Assembly: GCF_001457595.1 (NCBI RefSeq)
Contig: NZ_LN831039.1
Span: 4,200,001 to 4,232,000 of the forward strand
From: Mycolicibacterium smegmatis
Lineage (GTDB): Bacteria; Actinomycetota; Actinomycetes; Mycobacteriales; Mycobacteriaceae
DNA: 32,000 bases
Direction: 5' to 3'
Below the pieces are notes generated by a model that saw nothing but the letters and a program-made list of their open reading frames with translations, searched no databases and had not been told where the DNA came from. A program made the position numbers and the translations under genes. Each line of letters begins with the position of its first letter. Position 1 is the first letter of the stretch. This document shows positions 18,212-26,700 of this stretch, in pieces.

Positions 18212-19756
18212 CTATCTCTCTCGCGCGCCGAGGTGTCTCTCCCGAAGTTCGCGTTTGAGGACCTTGCCTGCACCGGAAAGTGGCAGTGCATTCACGAACT
18301 CGATACTGCGGGGACACTTGTAGCCGGCGATGAGTCGCTTGGCGTGTTCGCGGATTTGGCAAGCCGCGAGCTCGGCGCCGGGTTGCAACACGACGACCGC
18401 GTGCACCCGTTCTCCCCAGTCGGCATCCGGGACGCCGATCACCGCGCAGGCGGCGACCGAAGGGTGCTGGACGACGGCGTTCTCGACTTCGGCGGAGTAC
18501 ACGTTCTCTCCACCGGTGATGATCATGTCCTTGATCCGGTCGACCACATAGATGTAGCCGTCGTCGTCCATGTAGGCAGCGTCCCCCGTATGCATCCAGC
18601 CGTCGCGGATCGCGGCGGCTGTCTCCTGGGGCTTGTTCCAGTAGCCGAGCATCACGTTGCCGCCCCGCACCGCGACCTCCCCGACGGTTCGCCGCGGGAC
18701 CTCGTTTCCGTCAGGATCTACGATGCGCACTTCTGCGGAGGGAGCCGCCCGCCCGGCAGAGCGCAGCAGTCGCGGCTTCTGATGGTCGTCCGGGCTGAGC
18801 AATGTGGCCAGGGGTGACAGTTCCGTCATGCCGTACCCCTGAACGAACTCAGCGTTCGGAAAGACCTTCATAGCGCGCTCCAGCAACGCCTGCGGAATTG
18901 CTGAAGCGGCGTAGAACAACGCGCGAAAGCTAGTCAGGTCATATCTATTGATGTCCGGATGGTCGATCAGCTTCTGGATCATCGTCGGCACCAGCAATGC
19001 ATCGGTCACTTGGTGCTGCGCGATGGCCTGCATCACCGTGACCGGTTCGAACGACGGGATGAAAACGTGACGGCCCCCTTGGAGCAGTCCCGCGCTCCAG
19101 GACATGAGGTCGGCGAGGTGAAACATCGGCGCCGCGTGGAGGCAGATGCCGCCGGGCCTGAAGGCGAAACCAGGAGTGAGAAGGCCGTAGGTCGAGGTGA
19201 GCAGGTTGGCGTGGGACAGCATGACGCCCTTCGGAAATCCGGTGGTGCCTCCCGTGTAGAACAACCCCGCCAGTTCGTCTCCGCCCCGCCGAGCGTCGTC
19301 GACCGGGTCACTTTTGTCGATCAGTTCTTCGTACGCCAAGGTGCCTGCAGGAGGCGACGCCTCGCCCGCATAGATCACAGTACTCAGCTCGGCCCACGCG
19401 TCCTTGATCGCCGGCAGCATGCGCGCGAAGGAGTCGTCGACGAACATTACCTTTGTGCCGGAGTCCTCCAGCGAGTACGCGATTTCAGCTGGGGTCCAAC
19501 GGATGTTCACCGGGTTCAACACACCGTTCGCCCACGGCACCGCGAGCAGGTATTCGTGGTATCGGTCCGAGTTCTGCGCGAGCATGGCCACCCGGTCGCC
19601 GGCGCGCACACCGAGCGCGCGAAGCGCGCCCGCCAACCTCGCCACGCGATCGGCCACTTCGAGGAAGGTGCGCCTTCTTTCGCCGAAGACTGTCATCGTC
19701 GCGCCAGGCGTCTGCTGCACCGCCCGGTGCAATCCCTGCGTCAGGTACATCGTCAT
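18212..19756 (-). CDS. AMP-dependent synthetase/ligase (acyl-CoA synthetase)
   Basis: AGLFYTGGTTGFPKGVMLSHANL, FVQGYGMTELSPLA, GWMHTGDAAYMDDDGYIYVVDRIKDMIITGGENVYSAEVE, LPLSGAGKVLKRELRE. Confidence 0.96.
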   Translation of the reverse strand: MTMYLTQGLHRAVQQTPGATMTVFGERRRTFLEVADRVARLAGALRALGVRAGDRVAMLAQNSDRYHEYLLAVPWANGVLNPVNIRWTPAEIAYSLEDSGTKVMFVDDSFARMLPAIKDAWAELSTVIYAGEASPPAGTLAYEELIDKSDPVDDARRGGDELAGLFYTGGTTGFPKGVMLSHANLLTSTYGLLTPGFAFRPGGICLHAAPMFHLADLMSWSAGLLQGGRHVFIPSFEPVTVMQAIAQHQVTDALLVPTMIQKLIDHPDINRYDLTSFRALFYAASAIPQALLERAMKVFPNAEFVQGYGMTELSPLATLLSPDDHQKPRLLRSAGRAAPSAEVRIVDPDGNEVPRRTVGEVAVRGGNVMLGYWNKPQETAAAIRDGWMHTGDAAYMDDDGYIYVVDRIKDMIITGGENVYSAEVENAVVQHPSVAACAVIGVPDADWGERVHAVVVLQPGAELAACQIREHAKRLIAGYKCPRSIEFVNALPLSGAGKVLKRELRERHLGARER

Positions 19757-19856
19757 GCCCTCATCTGTCGGAATTGGTTTTCGATACTGCTGGGCGGCAG
19801 AAGCACCGAACGGCGTGGGCTGAATGGGACGACGCCACTCAGGAGAGGCCCCGACG

Positions 19857-21212
19857 TCAGATCGCCATGGGCCTTCCGGAAGGCTTGACCGCCAGCCTCT
19901 TCAGTCCGTCCTCGATCTCGTCGCCGAACGTGCTCCGCATGATCCTTCCGAGTTCCGGATGCATGATCTTGTTGCCCTCGCTGATGTTCTGCTCGGCACG
20001 CGCGGCTCCGTCGCCCAGCACGTTCTCCAGCCAGGACATCGTCACGGCGGCGCCCTGCGAGATGCCACCCATCTGGCAGTGCGTCGAGCCGCCCTCTTCG
20101 TTGGTGAAGACGTAGGTTTCGCAGTAGCTTGGGGTGTCCGCGAAGAAGTCGAGCATTCGATTGGCCCACTTTCCGATACTGCTGCCGTGCTCGAACTTGG
20201 CCAACTCCGACTCGCCGAAGATACTCAGGAATGGCCGGTCGAACCGTTCGACGTGATCGAACAGCGTGTAGTCCCGCCAGATATCGAGGAAGCCGGACGG
20301 TCGGTCGAACCCGAGTGCCCACTGTCCATGGTCGAAGGTCCACGCAGCCCCGGGGTTGGTTTCACTTGCCTCGGCGAACGCTGCGTCGAATGCGTCACCG
20401 CGCAGCCCGGCCAGTGAGGGCGGCCAGAGGCCGGTCCAGGGCTCAAGGACGGACGGCAGGAAGGAATTCGCGATGCACGCCTTGATGCGGCTGTCGAACG
20501 CGAACGCGCGTGGGGCAAGGTAACCACCGAGGGAAAAACCCACGAGCGCGACTCGCTCCGGGTCGACCTCCGAGAATGAACAGGCAAAGTCCACAGCGGC
20601 CGAGACCGGCCTTTCGTAGTCCGGATACATCGTGAGTCCTGGGTTGTCGTACAACGCCCCCCACTGTCCTGGTCCCTCGAAGACCAGGCAGTTCCAACCG
20701 TGGTTCTGTGCCTCCAACCCGATCCAAGCCACGACCTCCTCGGCGGTGGAGTCGAACCCACCGATGGCGATCAGGGTCGGCCGGTTCTCGGCTCCCGCGG
20801 AGAAGAAGTAGCCAGGCAACACCGCATCTCCGAACGGGATGCCCACGGTGCGCACCGGTGCAGACCGGAGTTCCATCGCGCGACGGAAACAATCCCGACT
20901 GATCCGCCAGTATTCCTCGCGCCGGGGATCGGATTCCACGGCATAGAAGATCGAGGAACGGTAGAAGTTGCTGGCCCGCATGAACGCTCGTGAAGCGCTG
21001 GCAGCGATCCCGTTTTCGGCATATGCGACCGCGCGCTCGTGGATCCGTTTGGCGGCGTCGCTGAAATTGGTCAGCCAGCTCTCGATGTCGCCATCCTTGA
21101 TCCGGTAAGCGACGCCGAGGGTTTCGCCCATCTCGGCCACCGGTGAACTGATCGTCCTGAAGAACTCGTAGTTGAACCCACCTATGCGGTCATCCCTGAA
21201 ATCGATCTCCAC
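19857..21212 (-). CDS. Alpha/beta hydrolase, pseudooxynicotine-hydrolase/DUF1100-like
   Basis: VEIDFRDDRIGGFNYEFFRTISSPVAEMGE...TLIAIGGFDSTAEEVVAW...VFEGPGQWGALYDNPGLTMYPDYERPVSAAVDF...VALVGFSLGGYLAPRAFAFDSRIKA...EEGGSTHCQMGG. GTG at 21212 is a likely start. Confidence 0.87.
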   Translation of the reverse strand: MEIDFRDDRIGGFNYEFFRTISSPVAEMGETLGVAYRIKDGDIESWLTNFSDAAKRIHERAVAYAENGIAASASRAFMRASNFYRSSIFYAVESDPRREEYWRISRDCFRRAMELRSAPVRTVGIPFGDAVLPGYFFSAGAENRPTLIAIGGFDSTAEEVVAWIGLEAQNHGWNCLVFEGPGQWGALYDNPGLTMYPDYERPVSAAVDFACSFSEVDPERVALVGFSLGGYLAPRAFAFDSRIKACIANSFLPSVLEPWTGLWPPSLAGLRGDAFDAAFAEASETNPGAAWTFDHGQWALGFDRPSGFLDIWRDYTLFDHVERFDRPFLSIFGESELAKFEHGSSIGKWANRMLDFFADTPSYCETYVFTNEEGGSTHCQMGGISQGAAVTMSWLENVLGDGAARAEQNISEGNKIMHPELGRIMRSTFGDEIEDGLKRLAVKPSGRPMAI

Positions 21213-21555
21213 CCGCTGTCCTTTCTGTTGATGACCCTGCACCCAGTCGCGAGCCGAAATCGAACCCGAACAGGTTCACCGCTCGTCCGAAGTCGTACTT
21301 GGATGAGGTTGACCTTCGCCTGCGAATCACAAAGCTCCAGTTCGCTGATCGGATAGTCGGAACGAGGACGCCGTATCTGGCGCCGATGCCAGGCCGACGA
21401 TCGGTTATCCCGTCATCGGCTGAAGGCCGAGAACGCCAGCGTATTGAGCGCTTCAGAACAACCGCTGCGGTCGACGGCCGAGGACTGGTTGTCGGAGCGT
21501 CGCAATGGTGCGAACAGGCCGGGGTCTCACCATGATCTCCAGACCAACGACTTCG

Positions 21556-22545
21556 TTATCGGTCGTGCGAATGTGTGACGACTATCTTGCCGATGTGCTG
21601 CCCTTTCTCAAGGTAGCGGTGTGCCTCGGCGATATCGGCGAAGGAGAAAACTCGATCCACTGTTGGCTGTAACGCGCCGCTGCGGAGTCCTGCGCGTAGG
21701 AATGCGGCAATCCGTTGAACGGCGGCTGGGTCGAGTGTGTGCTCGAAGCTCGCGTACGGGTATATCGTCAGCTGGCCCATGGGAAAAGACGCCGGACGGG
21801 GATCCAGCCAACCCACCGTGACCAGTGTTCCTCCGGCTTTCGCCGCACCTGCCAGCTGAGCAAGCCCTGGGCCCATGACCGAGTCGACGATGACGTCCAC
21901 GCCCAGACCGCCGGTATAGCTCTTGGCAGCTGATGCCACATCTTCAACATCGGACGTGAATACCGCGGCCGCACCGGCGTTCAGGAGCGCGGACTTCTTA
22001 TCGGGGCTGCGAGTGACTGCCAATGGTATGGCACCGATCTGGTTGGCGACCTGGATAGCCGCCAGGCCCACCCCACTCGAGGCAGCCGTGATCAGTACGT
22101 GATCACCGGGCCGTATCCGAGCTTTCTCGATGAGCGCCCCGTACGCGGTGGAGTAAGACACCCAGAGAGCAGCAGCGCCCACGAGGTCGACGCCGTCGGG
22201 CCACCCGATCACCCGCTGGGCCGGCACGGTCACGTATTCGGCGTACGTACCGCGGATATCAGCGTCAGGCACCGCAGTGATGATCACCCTGTCCCCGACC
22301 GACAGACCCTCAACAGCCGAACCGACCGCGTGCACGAATCCGGCCCCCTCGACGCCGAGGCGGGCATGCGGTAGCCGGATCGGCGCAGGGTACTGCCCTG
22401 CGCGCATCATCTGATCGAGACGATTGATCCCGAATGCCTCGATTCTCACTACTATCTCGGCAGCACCGGGCCGACCGACCGGCTCGTCGATGATCCGCAG
22501 AACATCGGCCTCACCGAACTCGTCGTACACGACGACTTGCGCCAT
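21556..22545 (-). CDS. Zinc-type alcohol dehydrogenase-like / quinone oxidoreductase family
   Basis: MAQVVVYDEFGEADVLRIIDEPVGRPGAAEIVVRIEAFGINRLDQMMRAGQYP...HVLITAASSGVGLAAIQVANQIGAIPLAVTRS. ATG at 22545. Confidence 0.93.
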   Translation of the reverse strand: MAQVVVYDEFGEADVLRIIDEPVGRPGAAEIVVRIEAFGINRLDQMMRAGQYPAPIRLPHARLGVEGAGFVHAVGSAVEGLSVGDRVIITAVPDADIRGTYAEYVTVPAQRVIGWPDGVDLVGAAALWVSYSTAYGALIEKARIRPGDHVLITAASSGVGLAAIQVANQIGAIPLAVTRSPDKKSALLNAGAAAVFTSDVEDVASAAKSYTGGLGVDVIVDSVMGPGLAQLAGAAKAGGTLVTVGWLDPRPASFPMGQLTIYPYASFEHTLDPAAVQRIAAFLRAGLRSGALQPTVDRVFSFADIAEAHRYLEKGQHIGKIVVTHSHDR

Positions 22546-22659
22546 GGATGGCTCCTTCATCATGGTGTGATCGAGCCACTCAGACGACATCGGTGGCTGC
22601 CCTCTATTCTTTACACATATGTTCAAGGATTACAACCGCGACACCCAGGGAGGTGGGCA

Positions 22660-23217
22660 ATGGCCGGACGGCCGGTGGACCATCAGCGACGCGCCGAGTT
22701 GCTCGACGCCATAGTTGATTACGCGGCAGAGCATGGGTTTTCCGAGTTGACATGGCGTCCCGTGGCCGCAGCACTGGGGGTCACATCAAACACACTCGTA
22801 CATCACTTCGGCACCAAGGAGCAGATGTTTCAGGCGGTCCTCGAACGCCTGCGGGTGCGCCTGCTCATCACCACCGACGAGTTGCTCGGCAGTCGCGGCG
22901 ATCTGGCCTCAGCGGCACGACTGGCGTGGGATCTATCGTTTGCCCCCAAGCGGGGGCAGGAACTTCGACTGTTCTTCGCGGTTTACGGGCGAGCCTTGCA
23001 AGCCCCCGAGCAGTTCACGGATTTCCTCCAGCGAGTGGTGGCTGACTGGATGAGCTTACTGTGCAAAGCTCAAGGCCCCGACGTCGAGCCGGCAGCCGCA
23101 CGACAGCGAGCGACTCTCGTGATCGCGACGATTCGAGGGCTCTTGCTTGACCTGCTTGCCACCGACGACCAAGACCGGGTTCGAGATGCAGCCGAGGCGT
23201 TTCTCACCAGCTTGTGA
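22660..23217 (+). CDS. TetR/AcrR-family transcriptional regulator
   Basis: MAGRPVDHQRRAELLDAIVDYAAEHGFSELTWRPVAAALGVTSNTLVHHFGTKEQMFQAVLERLRVR. ATG at 22660 preceded by a GGGAGGTGGG purine-rich region. Confidence 0.92.
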   Translation: MAGRPVDHQRRAELLDAIVDYAAEHGFSELTWRPVAAALGVTSNTLVHHFGTKEQMFQAVLERLRVRLLITTDELLGSRGDLASAARLAWDLSFAPKRGQELRLFFAVYGRALQAPEQFTDFLQRVVADWMSLLCKAQGPDVEPAAARQRATLVIATIRGLLLDLLATDDQDRVRDAAEAFLTSL

Positions 23218-23352
23218 GCATGGACCCGATCGCCGCAAGGCCGACGGTCCAGCAATAGGCGACGAGGAACAGGGGCCTCAGATGTGGGTCAGCAGTGTAG
23301 GTTCCCAGTTTCGATGTCATACTGCCGTCGACTGACCTGCGCTGTTCCTCAG

Positions 23353-23398
23353 AATCCCAGCAAGTGTCATACAAGATCAATCCCAATCTCGTGTCATA
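23353..23398. repeat. Imperfect direct repeat AATCCCA-N4/5-GTGTCATA
   Basis: AATCCCAGCAAGTGTCATA (23353-23371) and AATCCCAATCTCGTGTCATA (23379-23398); the second resembles 9038-9055. Confidence 0.5.
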
Positions 23399-23423
23399 TC
23401 GGAGATTCTGATAACGCTCCTGG

Positions 23424-24302
23424 TCAATTGACCAGAGGTGTCAGTTCTTTGCCGACGAAGGTGACGAACGCCTCGATGTCTGCGTCGACGGGTGGCTGCA
23501 ACACGAGGGTGTCTGCACCCGCGGCGGTCCAGCTTCTCAGACCGTTGGCGATTTCCTCTGCGGTGCCTTGCACACTCACATCACCCGCTTCGTCGAGGTT
23601 CCACCGCTGATACTCGGCGGCCATCTGCGACGCCGCGTTCGGCCCCGTTGCGCACAGCAGATAGGTCACGATGGACGATGGACCCCTACCGCGCAGTGCG
23701 TTTCCTTCGCGCACGTGTGCCACGGCCGCTCGTAGATCCGCAGGACTCGTTCCTTGGGTGATGACTGTGCCTGTTCCCAGTTCGCCGCTGAGACGCAGCG
23801 TCTTCGGGCCTACCGCTGCGACCAGTAGTTCGGTGTCCGTGGTCGGCGGCCAATCCAGGGCAACATCCCGCAGCTGAACATATCGACCGTCGAACGTGAC
23901 GGTTTCACCACGCAGCAGGGCGCCGATGCAGGTCAGGTGTTCGCGTAGCAGGGTCATCGGAGAGGCAACTCGTGCGCCGATCTGTGCCATCCAATCCTGG
24001 ACTCCGTGCCCAAGGCCAACTCGGACGCGCCCCGGAAATGCACGCGTCAGCGTCGCAATCTCCATTGCCATCAACGCGGGATTGCGCATCGGCACAGGGG
24101 CCACACCGATCCCGACGGTCAAGCGCCTACTGTTGGAAAGTGCAATAGCAGCTGCCGAGATTCCGCCGGCGAGAAAGCAGTCTTCCCAGACCCAGAGCTC
24201 GTTCAATCCGGCGTCATCAGCGATTCGCGCGGTCGTGGCCAAGCGCTCGGGTGGGTTCTGCGGGAGATATACGCACCCAAGGAGCGGTGCCTGATCGGTC
24301 AT
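23424..24302 (-). CDS. LLM-class (luciferase-like) flavin/F420-dependent oxidoreductase
   Basis: MTDQAPLLGCVYLPQNPPERLATTARIADDAGLNELWVWEDCFLAGGISAAAIALSNSRRLTVGIGVAPVPMRNPALMAMEIATLTRAFPGRVRVGLGHGVQDWMAQIG. Confidence 0.92.
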   Translation of the reverse strand: MTDQAPLLGCVYLPQNPPERLATTARIADDAGLNELWVWEDCFLAGGISAAAIALSNSRRLTVGIGVAPVPMRNPALMAMEIATLTRAFPGRVRVGLGHGVQDWMAQIGARVASPMTLLREHLTCIGALLRGETVTFDGRYVQLRDVALDWPPTTDTELLVAAVGPKTLRLSGELGTGTVITQGTSPADLRAAVAHVREGNALRGRGPSSIVTYLLCATGPNAASQMAAEYQRWNLDEAGDVSVQGTAEEIANGLRSWTAAGADTLVLQPPVDADIEAFVTFVGKELTPLVN

Positions 24303-24472
24303 CGATGTCCCTTCGTCGAAAATGCAGGGCATAACGCGTCCTGGTCGCGCGCTTGAGCGCCGCCCCTGAGCCTGTCACGGCGGGTGCCACTCCGCCCATA
24401 CGCATCTCATGCCGCGTTCAACTCAATTCCTGCACAGGGTGCGCAAACGGGAACGCCTCCTCTTGCGCCGCC

Positions 24473-24541
24473 CGTGGTGATACGTATCATCGCAGCTACT
24501 GAGCACGGCAGCAGGTTGACGAACCGCTGCGTGGTGATACG
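24473..24541. promoter_or_regulatory. Pair of operator-like sites (CGTGGTGATACG twice, first embedded in palindrome TGATACGTATCA)
   Basis: CGTGGTGATACG at 24473-24484 and 24530-24541; TGATACGTATCA (24478-24489) is a perfect 12-bp palindrome; the second copy lies in GTGATACGATTCAC. Confidence 0.5.
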
Positions 24542-24642
24542 ATTCACACGCTCTCATCCGAGCCACATCAACGCCATTTGCCTTGGAACACAAGCATATC
24601 CGGGCATTCATTTCAGCAAGGACATCAGATCGGAGTTGTGTC

Positions 24643-25476
24643 ATGGGAAAACTCGATGGCAAGGTCGCATTCATCACCGGGGTCGCACGCGGGCAGGGCC
24701 GTTCGCATGCGGTGACGTTCGCCCGCGAAGGGGCCAACATCATCGGCCTCGATCTCTGTGGAAAGCCTTCGACGACGGCGTACGACGGGACCACCGACGA
24801 AGACCTCCAGGAGACAGTCCGCCTCGTCCATGAGGTCGGCGGTCAGATCTTTGTAGACATCGCCGATACCCGCGACTACGAACAGGTGAAGTCCGTCTTC
24901 GACCGTGGCCTCGAGCAGTTCGGTCGCGTCGACATCGTGATCCCGAACGCCGGAATCTGTTCAGGGGCCAAGACCTGGGAGATCACGCCTGAGGACTGGG
25001 CGGAGATGGTGGACATCAACCTCAATGGCGTCTTCCATACAGTCAAGGCAGCGGTCCCGACACTCATCGAGCAGGGCAATGGTGGCAGCATCGTGTTCAT
25101 CGGCTCCACCGAGGCCCTCAAGGGCGCCGAGAACATCTCGTCCTACGCCGCATCCAAGCACGGTGTCACGGGCCTGATGACCTCGCTGGCGCGCGAACTC
25201 GGCCGCTACAACATCCGTGTCAACTCGATCAACCCCACGTGCGTCGACACGCACATGATCAACAACGACTTCGTCTACGGCCTGTTTCGTCCGGATATGG
25301 ACAAGCCGACCCGCGAGGACGTCATCGACACCTTCAGCAACACCCACCTCCTGCCGGTGCCGTGGATCGAACCCGAGGACGTCAGCGAAGCGATCCTCTA
25401 TCTGGTCGCCGACACCGGTCGCTATGTCACCGCATCCACGATGGTGATCGACGCCGGCTTCATCGTGAAGTCTTGA
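24643..25476 (+). CDS. SDR-family oxidoreductase, probably mycofactocin-coupled type
   Basis: MGKLDGKVAFITGVARGQGRSHAVTFAREGANIIGLDLCGKPSTTAYDGTTDEDLQETVRLVHEVGG...IPNAGI...SSYAASKHGVTGLMTSLARELGRYNIRVNSINPTCVDTHMI. GxARGQGRSHA and LC motifs are typical of that subgroup. Confidence 0.92.
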   Translation: MGKLDGKVAFITGVARGQGRSHAVTFAREGANIIGLDLCGKPSTTAYDGTTDEDLQETVRLVHEVGGQIFVDIADTRDYEQVKSVFDRGLEQFGRVDIVIPNAGICSGAKTWEITPEDWAEMVDINLNGVFHTVKAAVPTLIEQGNGGSIVFIGSTEALKGAENISSYAASKHGVTGLMTSLARELGRYNIRVNSINPTCVDTHMINNDFVYGLFRPDMDKPTREDVIDTFSNTHLLPVPWIEPEDVSEAILYLVADTGRYVTASTMVIDAGFIVKS

Positions 25477-25501
25477 CCGACAGTCCCGATCTCTCCAGCT
25501 G

Positions 25502-25536
25502 AGCCCTCCCTCCGCCAGGCCGCGGATGGGAGGGCT
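25502..25536 (+). terminator. Rho-independent terminator-like hairpin
   Basis: AGCCCTCCC (25502-25510) pairs with GGGAGGGCT (25528-25536), followed by TTT, 26 bp after the SDR stop. Confidence 0.65.
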
Positions 25537-25585
25537 TTAGCCTGTGAGCCGTCATCCGCCTCGCGATGGAGAAGGAGCCCGCCGC

Positions 25586-26647
25586 ATGGTCACGATGAGG
25601 GATGTCGCCAAGGCCGCCGGCGTGTCACAGGCGGCGGTCTCATATGCCTACAGCGGCTCCCCGCGTGTCTCGGCTCAGGTGCGCGACAGGATACTCACCA
25701 TCGCCCATGACCTCGGGTACACCGGCCCGAACATCGCGGGTAGCAGCCTTCGTTCCGGCCGGATCGGAACCGTCGGCGTACTCGTCGCTGGCTCACTCGC
25801 ACTCGCCGTCGAGGATCCGTCCACGATGCTGCTCCTGAAGGGCATCGTCGAAGTCGGCGAGCTTGCCGATGTCGCGCTCACCCTGCTACCCGTCGACGCC
25901 TCTGGCCTGAGCGACGGAACGCACCCGATCAAGCCGGCGGCACTAAGGGGCCTAGTTGATGGGGTTGTGCTGCACTGCCTGCCGAATGACCATCCCGCCG
26001 TAGCGGCCGTGGTGGCCCGGCGTACGCCCGCGGTGGCGATTGACTCCCCTCGTCTACCTCACATGCCGTACGTGACGATCGATCACCGGTCCGGTGGCAT
26101 TAAACAGATGAAACATGTTCTGTCACTCGGGCATCGGCGCATCGGAGTGATCACCGACCGTATCGGTACAGTGAGTCCGCCCGGGTTGCACGACTGCTTC
26201 GACGCGTCCGCAGCGACCGAGGCGTACCTGCATGATCGGCTGACCGGATATGTGGAGGCATGCCACAGGGCGAACGTCGCCGCTGATGACCTCATGGTGA
26301 TCGAAGCAGCGGGTATCGATATGTCCAGCGGCGTCGAGGCGGCAGGGCAACTGCTCGACGTCGGACCCACGGCGATCGTCGCCACCTCCGACGTGCACGC
26401 CGTCGCGGCGATCAAGGAGGCCACCCGCAGGGGTCTTCAGGTACCGGGCGATGTGTCCGTGATCGGTTTCGACGACGCCCCGCTGGCCGAGCTCGTAGGT
26501 CTCACCACGATCCACCAACCACTCGTCGACAAGGGACGCACCGCGGCCGCGATGCTGCTGGACGTGATCGCCGGAAAGCCGAGGCGCCGATCGGTGAAGA
26601 AGACAGAACTCAAGGTGCGCGGCACCACCGGACCGCCGCCGGATTGA
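25586..26647 (+). CDS. LacI-family transcriptional regulator
   Basis: MVTMRDVAKAAGVSQAAVSYAYSGSPRVSAQVRDRILTIAHDLGYTGPNIAGSSLRSGRIGTVGVL; ribosome-binding GAAGGAG upstream of ATG 25586. Confidence 0.95.
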   Translation: MVTMRDVAKAAGVSQAAVSYAYSGSPRVSAQVRDRILTIAHDLGYTGPNIAGSSLRSGRIGTVGVLVAGSLALAVEDPSTMLLLKGIVEVGELADVALTLLPVDASGLSDGTHPIKPAALRGLVDGVVLHCLPNDHPAVAAVVARRTPAVAIDSPRLPHMPYVTIDHRSGGIKQMKHVLSLGHRRIGVITDRIGTVSPPGLHDCFDASAATEAYLHDRLTGYVEACHRANVAADDLMVIEAAGIDMSSGVEAAGQLLDVGPTAIVATSDVHAVAAIKEATRRGLQVPGDVSVIGFDDAPLAELVGLTTIHQPLVDKGRTAAAMLLDVIAGKPRRRSVKKTELKVRGTTGPPPD

Positions 26648-26654
26648 CGAGAAA

Positions 26655-26691
26655 GAAACGCCGCCAAGGGCTTTAAACCTGGCGGCGTTTC
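26655..26691. terminator. Bidirectional terminator hairpin
   Basis: GAAACGCCGCCA (26655-26666) pairs perfectly over 12 bp with TGGCGGCGTTTC (26680-26691), between convergent genes ending at 26647 and 26701. Confidence 0.8.
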
Positions 26692-26700
26692 CTCCCGATG

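Noticed and set aside
17813-18817. 334-aa plus-strand ORF
   Set aside because: Mostly antisense to the C-terminus of the acyl-CoA synthetase and without recognisable domain motifs.
23220-23260. Possible hairpin GGACCCGATCGCCGCAAGGCCGACGGTCC downstream of the TetR gene
   Set aside because: Only a 5-bp outer stem pairs convincingly and there is no T-tract, so it is not called a terminator.
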